This document shows, piece after piece, positions 10,069 through 19,468 of a stretch of 64,000 nt of DNA. A program made the translations under genes and the position numbers. The stretch comes from an uncultured delta proteobacterium (lineage in GTDB: Bacteria; Desulfobacterota; Binatia; UBA9968): contig CAVUVW010000002.1 of NCBI GenBank assembly GCA_963745035.1, positions 64,001 to 128,000 on the forward strand. The letters run 5' to 3'. Within the stretch, counting starts at the first letter, position 1, and the number at the start of each line of letters is the position of its first letter. The notes below the pieces were generated by a model that was not told where the DNA came from, made no database searches, and saw only the letters and a list, made by a program, of their open reading frames with translations.

Positions 10069-13000
10069 TTACTTGTGATTTTTCTCCCCTGACTTTTCGG
10101 TCGCACCTTGCGCTGCACTCGCCAGCTCCAGGTTGGGATTGCGCAGCGCGGCCAGATACGAAGTTCGCGGCTGGGTATTGAGTTCTGCTAGCAAACCGAA
10201 ATTTCGCGGCGACGCCTTGCGGGCACTCACCAGACTGTTGCGGTCGTTAATATCGCCAAAGACGATCGCCTGCGCCGGGCATGCCTGCTGGCAGGCGGTC
10301 ACGACGTCACCGTCGCGCATCGCTCCTCCTTCGAGCTCAGCCTCGATGCGCGCGTGGTTGATGCGTTGCACGCAGTAAGTGCACTTTTCCATGACACCGC
10401 GGCTGCGCACCGTCACGTCGGGGTTGCGCATCGGCTTGAGACTTTCGGTCTGCCAGTCAGAGTACTGCAGGAAATTAAAGCGCCTGACTTTGTAAGGGCA
10501 GTTGTTGGAACAGTAACGCGTTCCGACACACCGGTTGTAGACCATGTCGTTCAGACCTTCAGCGCTGTGCGCTGTGGCGGTCACGGGGCAAACCACTTCG
10601 CAGGGCGCTTTCTCGCAGTGCATGCAGAGCATCGGCTCGTAATAGGCCTCGGGATTTTCCGGCGGCCCCTTGAAATAGGTATCGATGCGCAACCAGTGCA
10701 TCTCGCGGCTGCGCAGGACTTCACTCTTGCCGACCACCGGTATGTTGTTCTCGGCCTGGCACGCGACAACGCACGCGTTACACCCCACGCAGATGCTCAG
10801 ATCGATCGCCATGCCCCAGGCATGCCCCGAGTATTCGTATTCGGGATAAAGCGAAGGAACCTCGCCGTTATGGCCGCCGTGCTGCGCGAAATGGGGATTC
10901 TTGCGAAATTGTTCCAAGGTGCCGGCGCGCACGAGATCCCGTCCTTCGATGTTATGGTGCAACTGAGTGACGGCGAGCGGGTAGCGCTCGCCTGTGCGCC
11001 GAATCTCGACACCTGCTCCCGACCAGAGCGTCTCCGAACTGCGCAACCGATACGCGTCGCAGCCGATGTTCGACCCGACCTTGCCCGCGCGCGTGCGGCC
11101 GTAGCCAAGATCGAGGGTAATCGTGTCGTCCGCCTGGCCCGGCACGATGCAAATCGGCGCGCGCACCATGCGATCTTGCAAGCGCAACTCGATCACATCG
11201 GCGTGAAGATTGCCGCCGCGCCAGCCGCTGTCTTGATTGAGACCGAGACGTTTAGCCGTCGCGGGACTGAGCAGCGCGGCGTTGTCCCAGGTGAGCTTGG
11301 TCAACGGTTTCGGTAGCTCCTGCAACCAGGCATTATTGGCGAATTGGCCGTCGAAGATGCTCGGGTCGGGACGGAAAACAATTTCGAGCCGCGGCGCAGC
11401 GTTTGCCGGTGGGGCGGGTTGTTTTTCGGCAGCTTGGGGGACTGTCTCTCCCTTGCCTTGAGCTTGTGCCGCTGACGCTGCCGCTCCGGCGCCGCTGAGC
11501 TGCGCGCTCTTCACAGTAAATGATTTTGGTTGGAAAGCGCTTCCTTCGACCACTCCGTCGTGCAGCGACTTGCGCCACCAGCGCTCGAAGTCTTGTGCTT
11601 GTTTGCCGGCGTTGGCGCTCCAATATTCCCGCACGCTCTCGTGCGAGGATTTTTGCGGCGCGGCGCTGAACGCGGCGATCATCTCGTGTGCGGTTTTGCC
11701 GCCGTAAAGCGGCGCGATCAGCGGTTGCACGATCGTCGCCGTGCCGTCGTAAGCGCGCGCATCGCTCCAGGACTCGAGATAGTGCGCCGCGGGTATGTGC
11801 CAGTGGCACAATGCCGCGGTTTCGTTTTCATACAGGCCGAGATGGATACTTAACGGCAGCTTCCTGAGTTTGGCAGCGAAGTCGAAATCCGCCGGCGCGC
11901 TGTAGACCGGATTGGAGTCCAAAATCAGAAGCGTGGTCACGTCGCCGCGCTCCATGGCCGTCCCCAACTCTCGCAGCGAGGCGATTTCGTCCACCGGCTC
12001 GGCCTCCGCCGGTTCGGTATAGACAACCGTGCGGCCCGTATTGCCGAGCGCGGCGTTGATGGCGTGTGAGAGCGCGTGAACGGCGGGAGGCTGCGGTTCA
12101 CCCACCATGACCACACTTCTGCCGCGGTGTTTCTGCAGATCGCCTGCCAGAGCATCCAGCCAATTTCCCCAGTCGCCGGAAAGAGTTGACGACGAACCAA
12201 TGCCGAGCCTGGACGCGAGAGCGCGCGCGAACGGCTCCATCGCACTCGGCGGAAGGTTCAGTCGGTGATCGGCCACGGCGCCGACGCTCGAAGGCGTGCT
12301 CTCCACGGCGTAGAGCCGGTTCATTTCCGTGCGCTTCTCGTCCAGGGCTCGTCCCCGCGCCAGCTCTCGTATGTAACGGAGGCTCCCCGCGCCCCAGGTG
12401 AGCGGCTCGGTGTCGAGCGCAAGAATCACAGCAGCCTGCTCGAGGCGATACTGGGTTTGCGCGTAGGTTCCGAACGCCAGACGAGCGCCTGCGCGCGCAT
12501 GATGTTGCCCGGCGGGCTCATACTGGTGCCAGCGCGCGCTGGGAAACTCTTTCAGCATACTTCGCAGTTGGCTCGCCAAAGTTGGGGACGTGACGGTTCC
12601 TGTAAGGATGCGCAGACCAGCTCCGCCGGTTTTGCGGTGATTCTCCAGCACGGGCTGCAACGCTTTGAGGAAATCGCTCCAGGGTCGAATTCTTCCCAGG
12701 TACGTGGCGGTCCTGGAACGATCCGGATCATACAAGGTAAGCACCGAGGCCTGGGCGAAAGCGTCCGTTGCCCCCAGGCTCGCTGGATGAAGAGGATTGC
12801 CTTCGACTTTCGTCGGCCGGCCCAGGTGGCTTTCGACCAAAAGACCGAGCGCATAACCGCGCAGTGTCATTGCAGTCGCGAAATAAAGCGGCTTGCCTGG
12901 CACAAGCTGCTCCGGTTGCCGCACGTACGGCACGATGGTCTCGGCCGGAGCGCGCGTGCATGCTCCTAATCCGGCGAGCCCGAGCGATGCCGCCATGAGC

Positions 13001-13161
13001 TGAAGAAAACGCCTCCGGCTTAGCGGATCGGCCAGGGCATCGATTTGGCTCGGATATTCCCGCTGCATGAACTCACGGAACTCTTCCGTCTGCGCCTCCT
13101 CCTCGAGGCTGCGCCAGAATTCACTTCGCACTGTGGCTGCGTCTATGTTGGGCTTCATCAA
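10069..13161 (-). CDS. actB: Alternative complex III subunit B (molybdopterin-oxidoreductase-like plus Fe-S domain)
   Basis: WRSLEE and SRRRFL TAT-variant leader; C-terminal CxxCxxCxxxC clusters (CVGCNACVVAC, CMHCEKAPCEVVCP, CVGTRYCSNNCP). Confidence 0.95.
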   Translation of the reverse strand: MMKPNIDAATVRSEFWRSLEEEAQTEEFREFMQREYPSQIDALADPLSRRRFLQLMAASLGLAGLGACTRAPAETIVPYVRQPEQLVPGKPLYFATAMTLRGYALGLLVESHLGRPTKVEGNPLHPASLGATDAFAQASVLTLYDPDRSRTATYLGRIRPWSDFLKALQPVLENHRKTGGAGLRILTGTVTSPTLASQLRSMLKEFPSARWHQYEPAGQHHARAGARLAFGTYAQTQYRLEQAAVILALDTEPLTWGAGSLRYIRELARGRALDEKRTEMNRLYAVESTPSSVGAVADHRLNLPPSAMEPFARALASRLGIGSSSTLSGDWGNWLDALAGDLQKHRGRSVVMVGEPQPPAVHALSHAINAALGNTGRTVVYTEPAEAEPVDEIASLRELGTAMERGDVTTLLILDSNPVYSAPADFDFAAKLRKLPLSIHLGLYENETAALCHWHIPAAHYLESWSDARAYDGTATIVQPLIAPLYGGKTAHEMIAAFSAAPQKSSHESVREYWSANAGKQAQDFERWWRKSLHDGVVEGSAFQPKSFTVKSAQLSGAGAAASAAQAQGKGETVPQAAEKQPAPPANAAPRLEIVFRPDPSIFDGQFANNAWLQELPKPLTKLTWDNAALLSPATAKRLGLNQDSGWRGGNLHADVIELRLQDRMVRAPICIVPGQADDTITLDLGYGRTRAGKVGSNIGCDAYRLRSSETLWSGAGVEIRRTGERYPLAVTQLHHNIEGRDLVRAGTLEQFRKNPHFAQHGGHNGEVPSLYPEYEYSGHAWGMAIDLSICVGCNACVVACQAENNIPVVGKSEVLRSREMHWLRIDTYFKGPPENPEAYYEPMLCMHCEKAPCEVVCPVTATAHSAEGLNDMVYNRCVGTRYCSNNCPYKVRRFNFLQYSDWQTESLKPMRNPDVTVRSRGVMEKCTYCVQRINHARIEAELEGGAMRDGDVVTACQQACPAQAIVFGDINDRNSLVSARKASPRNFGLLAELNTQPRTSYLAALRNPNLELASAAQGATEKSGEKNHK

Positions 13162-13177
13162 ATTTAAACCGAGACCA

Positions 13178-13400
13178 CGTTCAAGCCGTTCAATGGTTCG
13201 ACCGTTCGAGAAGCCTCACGGCAGGCTTCCTCGACGGCCTTGAGTTCCGAGCCCGTCGAGGAATCACCATGAGCGGCTGGAATTTTACGCTCATCCTGAG
13301 TTTATCGAAGGATGCTCCGTTCAACCGCTGCGCTCCGTTCAAATCGTCGCCCCGTTCGAAACGGCTTGAACGATTTGAACGACTTGAACTGCTTGAACGT
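13178..13400. repeat. Composite 9-mer (TTGAACGNN) inverted REP-like element
   Basis: GTTCAA units on the left, four TTGAAC units on the right, nested hairpins; shares exact 28-nt and 20-nt segments with 22841-22898. Confidence 0.8.
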
Positions 13401-13407
13401 GTTCCCA

Positions 13408-14067
13408 TTATCGATGGCACGTCGAACAGCTCGTGAGAGCAGCCGAGCTTTTGATGTTGTATTCCTTCATCAACGCTCGGCCGAGTCGCACTTGATCGGC
13501 GCCCGGCCGCCAGCTCATGTTAAACACCTGCTCGCGCGGCCGCAAAAACCGCTCGGGCGCGCGATGGCACTCGAGACACCATTCCATCTGCAGCGAGGCG
13601 GCTTGCCACATGAGCTGCATCTGGTCCACCGGGCCGTGGCAGGTCGAGCAGCCGACGCCCTTTCGCACGTGGATGCCGTGATTGAAGTAAGCGAAGTCCG
13701 GTAGATTGTGCACGCGCGTCCAGCGTATCGGCGTATTGGTCCGAAAACTTTCGCGCACGGGCGCGAGAACCTCGCTGGTCGACCAGATTTGTGAATGGCA
13801 ATTCATGCACACTGCAGTCGCCGGGATGCCCGCGAACGATGAGACTTCCACCGAAGTGTGGCAGTAGCGGCAATCGATGCCGAGACCGCCCACATGATGA
13901 TCATGGCTGAATGGCACGGGCTGAGCGCGTGTGACGTTTTGCTCGGTGACGTAAGAAGAGCGATTGATTGCAGCAATCAGCCAAAGAAGGCCGATCACCA
14001 AAAAAAGCGCGCCGAATATACTCAGTCGAGAAAGGGTGTTGGTGCTGCGGTGAAAAATCTGCGCCAT
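13408..14067 (-). CDS. actA: Alternative complex III subunit A, pentaheme cytochrome c
   Basis: Five CxxCH motifs (CRYCH, CMNCH, CSTCH, CLECH, CSTCH); N-terminal TM. Confidence 0.95.
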   Translation of the reverse strand: MAQIFHRSTNTLSRLSIFGALFLVIGLLWLIAAINRSSYVTEQNVTRAQPVPFSHDHHVGGLGIDCRYCHTSVEVSSFAGIPATAVCMNCHSQIWSTSEVLAPVRESFRTNTPIRWTRVHNLPDFAYFNHGIHVRKGVGCSTCHGPVDQMQLMWQAASLQMEWCLECHRAPERFLRPREQVFNMSWRPGADQVRLGRALMKEYNIKSSAALTSCSTCHR

Positions 14068-14303
14068 AGCTGCTGTATCTTAACTGCCAACCAGCATGAT
14101 TCGCTGGTTTGGAGTTACAAGGAGATTTCGCCAACCGCTTGTTTTTCACTGCCGACAAAGCGGGAACCTTTTCCCCATTGTCTCGTTTGCGCGACAGACG
14201 CGGATCACTGCTCCTGATTGCGAGACACAGGGGAAACCGTATCCGCGCCTTTAAAGTGCTGCGTGGATCTGATCCGCTGAACGAAGAAAGAGCTGCGCTT
14301 CGA

Positions 14304-14669
14304 CTATTTTCTTAGCCAGCTCAAGACCACACCCCAAATCACCAAGGCAGCCCCGATACCCGCCAACGCGAAGCCAACCAGCGGGAACAACAACAAAAAC
14401 GCAAGTCCCAAGAGTGTTAACAGAATTCCCGGCAATAGCGGGTTCGAGCGCGAGCCCGCGGCCGGCGTTTGGGCTGCCGGAGCCCTCTCCATAATGGACG
14501 AAATCTCGTCGTGCAGCAGAGTCTCTGCCAATTCTTTAAGCTCTCCGCGCCGTTCCGGCGGGACGGAACGGATCACGCTCGCAACTTCGGAGACCAGCGC
14601 CTCGACCTTCTGCTCGGCTCGGATGTCGGAGCCTAGATTCCCCAAACTCTCACTGCTGGACAGCGTCAT
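14304..14669 (-). CDS. Hypothetical protein with two C-terminal TM helices
   Basis: ORF with GAGG RBS; helical N-terminus plus hydrophobic hairpin. Confidence 0.6.
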   Translation of the reverse strand: MTLSSSESLGNLGSDIRAEQKVEALVSEVASVIRSVPPERRGELKELAETLLHDEISSIMERAPAAQTPAAGSRSNPLLPGILLTLLGLAFLLLFPLVGFALAGIGAALVIWGVVLSWLRK

Positions 14670-14830
14670 GTCCCGACCTCACAACAATTTTCCGCAAAAC
14701 AGAGGCCAGCCACGCTGCGAACTGCACAGTTGGACGATGGATTTAAGCCGACTGGAGATGACTAGAGTCCTCATCTCGAACTACGCATCTTGGCAGCCCG
14801 TCGCGAGCTGCAACCGATGGCGAGGGAGTT

Positions 14831-16159
14831 TCAGGCTTTCTTGCGTATGTTGTCTTGGCCCGACCTCGGAGTTGGTTCGCACGCTTCGGCAGATTCTCCC
14901 GTGATCAGTCGGGCCGCCCGGTTCCGGCTGAAGTAATACCAGCCCCACTGCACCAGCACGAGAACCTTGTTCTGGAATTCAATTAAATTAATCAAATGAA
15001 CGAACAGCCAGACGAGCCAGGCGAAATAGCCGGAGAAGCGCAGCCGTCCTATGTCGGCGACCGCCGATGCATGACCGATGATCGCCATGTTGCCGCGGTC
15101 GCGATAATGAAATTTTTCGACGGCCTTGCCGTTGATGCGCCGCGCGATCACCCGCGCCACATATTTGCCCTGCTGCAGCGCCACCGCCGCAACGCCCGGC
15201 AACGGCTTTCCGGTATCGTGGACATCGCTGGCCAAATCACCGACGACGAAAATTTCCGGATGGCCGGCGATGGTGAGATCGGGCTCCACCGCGATTCTGC
15301 CGGCGCGATCCAAGTTCGCTCCTGTGCTGCTCGCCAGCGCGCGACCGAGCGGCGATGCCTGCACACCCGCCGCCCAGATCACGGTCCGGCAAGGAATCGT
15401 CTCCGTCCCTTCTCCCTTCTTGATTACGAGGGCATCGGGCGTGATATCGCTCACTAGCGCTTTGACCCGGACGGTGACTCCCAGTTTTTCCAAGGAAGCG
15501 ACTGCTTTGGCCGAGAGTTCCGGAGGATACGTGGGAAGTATACGCTCGCCGCCTTCGAGAAGGAGAATGCGCGTCTTTGACGGGTCGATGCGACGAAAAT
15601 CATGGCGCAGGGTATCGTGAGCGATCTCGCCCAGCGCGCCGGCCAGCTCGACGCCGGTGGGTCCACCGCCCACAATGGCGAAAGTCAGCAGTTCTTGGAT
15701 TATTGCCGGATCGACCTCTTGCTCAGCCGCTTCGAAGGCGAGAAAGATGCGGCTTCTGATCGCCGTCGCGTCCTCGACGGTCTTCAGTCCCGGCGCGGCG
15801 GCTTGCCAGCTTTCATTGCCGAAATAGAAGGCGCGCGAGCCGGTGGCAACGATCAGAGTGTCATAGCCGATCTCGCCGCCGCCGCTGAGCGCGACTTGAC
15901 GCCGCCCGGTATCGATGCTCTCGGCTTCGCCGAGCAGCACTCGAGCGTTCTGCTGACGCTTGAGAATCGCCCGCAGGGTCGAGGTGATGTTGGCCGGCGA
16001 GAGCCAGCCGGTAGCGACCTGATACAGTAAGGGCTGAAAGAGGTGGAAATTGCGCCGGTCGATAAGAGTGACCTGGACCGGAACGTTCTTTAATCCTTGG
16101 GCGGCGGCAAGCCCGCCGAACCCGCCGCCGAGGATCACCACGCGATGAGGTTGGTTCAT
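14831..16159 (-). CDS. ndh: Type II NADH:quinone oxidoreductase
   Basis: GGGFGG, FQPLLYQVATG, GGGPTGVE motifs. Confidence 0.92.
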   Translation of the reverse strand: MNQPHRVVILGGGFGGLAAAQGLKNVPVQVTLIDRRNFHLFQPLLYQVATGWLSPANITSTLRAILKRQQNARVLLGEAESIDTGRRQVALSGGGEIGYDTLIVATGSRAFYFGNESWQAAAPGLKTVEDATAIRSRIFLAFEAAEQEVDPAIIQELLTFAIVGGGPTGVELAGALGEIAHDTLRHDFRRIDPSKTRILLLEGGERILPTYPPELSAKAVASLEKLGVTVRVKALVSDITPDALVIKKGEGTETIPCRTVIWAAGVQASPLGRALASSTGANLDRAGRIAVEPDLTIAGHPEIFVVGDLASDVHDTGKPLPGVAAVALQQGKYVARVIARRINGKAVEKFHYRDRGNMAIIGHASAVADIGRLRFSGYFAWLVWLFVHLINLIEFQNKVLVLVQWGWYYFSRNRAARLITGESAEACEPTPRSGQDNIRKKA

Positions 16160-16322
16160 GAGCGCACGGAAAGTGCCGCGCCCAATTGGGATTTGGACGA
16201 TTACGTTTGAACTCTGCCCGACGAGGCCAAATTAAAAGCTTACACCGATAACCGGAGAAACGAATTGCCGATTGAGCGGGCTATTCGTTTCTGCGCGAAG
16301 TCAGCGTTGCAAGGAAGCTTTT

Positions 16323-16724
16323 TTAGGAAGCCAGTTTCAGTTCCGCGGCCGCGGGAGTGTTCTGCCGCTCATGGTCGATTAGAGTGCGCCGAACATATCC
16401 GGGATCGATGTTAAGAATGCTGCACACATTCTCCAGACTGAAGACACCGTAGTCGTCGGATTTGAAAAACCATTCCTCGGCTTCACGGAAGCTGCGCTTG
16501 CGGTGGCGGTTCTTATTGAAGCAGTCGCGCAGGTAGCAATCGATCGCATCGCGCAAGACCGCCGCAATCAACCGCCTTTCCGGCGTCTCCGCCGGTCGCC
16601 CTTGATAGACGTGGAGATATTCATCGACGCACAACACGTCGGGCTGACGAAACAGCCGAGCCTCTTCCTGAGAGAACCGATCGTCGGCGTACTCACGGTT
16701 GGAAGCAAGATTTCGATCTAGCAT
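16323..16724 (-). CDS. Uncharacterised helical protein, family A (PE..L..AVL.DA / EAE.WF / FS...VC..L...P.Y.R)
   Basis: GAGG RBS; clear paralogy with 36309-36728 and 60200-60772. Confidence 0.8.
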   Translation of the reverse strand: MLDRNLASNREYADDRFSQEEARLFRQPDVLCVDEYLHVYQGRPAETPERRLIAAVLRDAIDCYLRDCFNKNRHRKRSFREAEEWFFKSDDYGVFSLENVCSILNIDPGYVRRTLIDHERQNTPAAAELKLAS

Positions 16725-17266
16725 GGTTGACCTCTTCCGCCGCCGCTACACTCGCCATCCGAGAAGGAGCACGAGCAGCGCATGGTTAATGAACTTACAA
16801 GGCAACGCAGTAGCGCCGCGCTCCAGTGGCTGTGCAACTCTTGTACCTGTGATGATCCATGCAGACAGATGCTGGAAACTTCGCGCAAATAGCCGGTCGT
16901 GCGTCATAGAACAAAACATCGCCGAAGGAAAAACACAGAAGATATGTCAGAGAATTTCGTACAAGCGAGGAAAATATCAGGCATCACGCCGGGTTAGCGG
17001 AGATGTTTGTCCCAATACTGATACAGAATTCCCACCATAAAGATGCTTTTTCGGGAATTGCTCGAACGCTGCATTCAGCCGAGTTCAGCACGGCCGGTTG
17101 ACGGATTTCTAATTTTTAAATGGAAGAGGGACTTACCACGACTGACTCATGAGCTTACGTACCCGCAGTAATGAAAATGGGGGGCCCCACAGCAGATTCT
17201 TCCCATGAATCGTCATTCGGTACGCAAGCGCAGCCCTACAAACCTTTGCGGTGAAGCCTCTTTATT

Positions 17267-18262
17267 TTAGCGTAGCCGATCGAAAAACCCCGCCTCTTCG
17301 AGTTTCCTGCACACGCTCATGTCGGCGATGTCTTGGGGCTTGAGCTCGGCGGCTCGCGGGTTCAGGCCATGCTGCGCCATCAATCTCAGCACCGAAGCGA
17401 TACCCGGCATGCTGGGACAAGGTTTGCGCGGAAAGCTTTCCGAGATCGCCTGATAGGCGCGCTCGAGTCGGTCGTGGCGGTCGAGTTTCAGATTGCGCGC
17501 GATGCTGTCGACGACGAGTTTCTTGTTAGCCGGATTCTGCACGTAGGCGACGCCTTCGACCACCGCCTTGGCGAGATTTTCAATCACTTGCGGATTGGCG
17601 CGCATGTACTTGCGCGAAGTCACTAAACCGGAGGACTGAAACGGAACGTTTTCTTTGCTGAGATCCAACAACACCGGATAGCCTTGTTGAACCGCGATCT
17701 GCAGAAGCTCCTGATTGAAGAACGCGCCGTCGATACTTCCGGCAAATAAAGCGGCGAGCCGCTCCGGCGAGCTGCCGGTTCCGAACAGCACGATGCGATC
17801 GCGCCGGGGCACCAGGCCCAAGTGATCGAGACCGACATACGTGGCGAGCGACAGCGAGCCCGATGGCGTGCCGATCGCGACTTTTTTCCCTTTGAGATCT
17901 TCAGCCGTTTTGATGCCCGGACGCACGACGAGAGCGAAATTGAGTTTTTCTTCCAGCCCGAGGAGCATCGTCATATCGCCGCCCGCCGTGACCGCGTTAG
18001 TCACGTGCGTGGCGCCGAGCAATCCGACGTGAACGTCGCCGGCCAGCATCGACTGCATCGCCCGCCCGGCGATGATGTAGATCAACTGCGGATCGACGTT
18101 GTACTTGCGAAAAATCCCCTGCTCTTTGGCGATCCAGAGCGGCACCGCGTTGCCGCCGATGGCGCCGTAAGCGAGCATGAACCTGGCCGGCGCTTCAGCG
18201 CCATGAGATGGGCCGACCATCAAGCCCCATATAAAAAAGACTAGCGCAACCCAAAGCTTCAT
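17267..18262 (-). CDS. ABC transporter substrate-binding protein (NMT1/THI5/SsuA-like)
   Basis: Signal peptide, PLWIAKEQGIF.KY and IKTAEDLKGKKVAI motifs. Confidence 0.9.
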   Translation of the reverse strand: MKLWVALVFFIWGLMVGPSHGAEAPARFMLAYGAIGGNAVPLWIAKEQGIFRKYNVDPQLIYIIAGRAMQSMLAGDVHVGLLGATHVTNAVTAGGDMTMLLGLEEKLNFALVVRPGIKTAEDLKGKKVAIGTPSGSLSLATYVGLDHLGLVPRRDRIVLFGTGSSPERLAALFAGSIDGAFFNQELLQIAVQQGYPVLLDLSKENVPFQSSGLVTSRKYMRANPQVIENLAKAVVEGVAYVQNPANKKLVVDSIARNLKLDRHDRLERAYQAISESFPRKPCPSMPGIASVLRLMAQHGLNPRAAELKPQDIADMSVCRKLEEAGFFDRLR

Positions 18263-18279
18263 CGCAGCTCAATCAATCC

Positions 18280-18320
18280 GAAACGGTTTGAACGACTTGA
18301 ACGTTTTGAACGGCTTGAAC
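18280..18320. repeat. 9-mer array (TTGAACGNN)x4, same family as 13360-13400
   Basis: gaaacggtttgaacgacttgaacgttttgaacggcttgaac directly after the GST stop. Confidence 0.85.
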
Positions 18321-19019
18321 TCACTGTTTTGTTCGCCGTCCCTGGCCGAAGAGAATCTTCTTTCCTTCCTCCGTCATGCCGGCCGAACCGACGTTGATCG
18401 ATTTCGCGAGCTCGTAAGCACGCTGCACCGCCGGCCGCTTCTGAATCGCCTCGAACCAGCGCTTCAGATGCGGGTAGTCGTCGAGATCTTGACCTTGGCG
18501 CTCATGCAAAACGATCCACGGATAACAAGCCATGTCGGCAATCGAATAATCTCCGGCGGCAAATTCCCGATCTTCCAGACGCTCGTCCAGAATCCCGTAA
18601 AGCCGCTCGGTTTCTTTCGTATACCGTTCGATCGCGTAAGTGATTTTCTCGGCTGCGTAGCCGCGAAAGTGATGGTTCTGCCCGAGCATCGGGCCGAGAC
18701 CGCCCATCTGCCAGAAAAGCCACTGCATGACTTCGGCGCGCCCGCGCACGTCGCGCGGCAAAAACTTGCCGGTCTTGTCTGCGAGATATTCCAGGATCGC
18801 GCCGGACTCGAAAATACTCAGCGGCCCGCCGCCGTCCTTCGGTTCATGATCGACGATCGCCGGTATCCGATTGTTCGGCGAGATCTTCAAAAACTCCGGC
18901 GCAAACTGCTCTCCCTTGCCGATATTGATCGGCTTGATGTTGTACGGCAGGCCGGTCTCTTCCAAAAAAATCGTGATCTTGTGCCCGTTGGGCGTGGTCC
19001 AGTAATAAAGGTCAATCAT
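18321..19019 (-). CDS. Glutathione S-transferase (YfcG/YghU-like)
   Basis: TPNGHK, SPNNRIPAIVD, IFESGAIL, YSIADMA; GGAGG RBS before ATG 19019. Confidence 0.92.
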   Translation of the reverse strand: MIDLYYWTTPNGHKITIFLEETGLPYNIKPINIGKGEQFAPEFLKISPNNRIPAIVDHEPKDGGGPLSIFESGAILEYLADKTGKFLPRDVRGRAEVMQWLFWQMGGLGPMLGQNHHFRGYAAEKITYAIERYTKETERLYGILDERLEDREFAAGDYSIADMACYPWIVLHERQGQDLDDYPHLKRWFEAIQKRPAVQRAYELAKSINVGSAGMTEEGKKILFGQGRRTKQ

Positions 19020-19035
19020 GCGGAACCTCCAGAGA

Positions 19036-19468
19036 AGGCAATAGGCATTAGGCAATAGTTAAGACAGTTTGGAAATCAGCGAACCGAGCATTTTGCTGAT
19101 CTCGGCGATTTCCTCTAGGACCGGGTTGATTGTGTGCTCGTCTATATAGTTCAGTCTTTGACACAATAGAAACTGCGTTTCTAGTTCCAGCAATGAACCT
19201 CGACTAAACAAAAGATGATGTCGATATTCCCCGGTCGCCTGACGACCATATCCTTCGGCAATGTTTGACGGCACCGATACTGCGCACCGTCGCATTTGCG
19301 CAATCAGGCCATACTGTTCGCTAGCCGGCAATTTTCCAGTGATTCGATATACGGACTCAACCAAATCCATCGATCGCTGCCAAACAAGCAGATCTTTGTG
19401 ACTTGGTAATCATGCCAGCCGGGATTCCGAATCCGACTATCGCCTAATGCCTAGTGCCTATTGCCTAT
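19036..19468. repeat. Inverted heptamer (TAGGCAN) arrays enclosing the four-helix-bundle gene
   Basis: 19035-19060 matches the reverse complement of 19435-19460 at 22/26 positions. Confidence 0.85.
19059..19413 (-). CDS. Four-helix-bundle protein (TIGR02436/23S rRNA IVP/Avd-like), 1-nt frameshift after codon 3
   Basis: SHKDLLVWQRSMDL...LP..E.YGL..QMRR.AVSVPSNIAEG signature. Confidence 0.9.

Noticed and set aside
13178-13400. Possible CRISPR array
   Set aside because: Units are 9 nt with no unique 30-40 nt spacers, and no cas genes are present
17008-17025. TGTCCCAATACTGATACA as a ninth palindromic site
   Set aside because: Spacing is 2 nt too long and there is no TAnnnT at the expected distance; left uncounted
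19059-19413. Diversity-generating retroelement (Avd) or rRNA intervening sequence
   Set aside because: No reverse transcriptase, no TR/VR pair and no rRNA gene in the window
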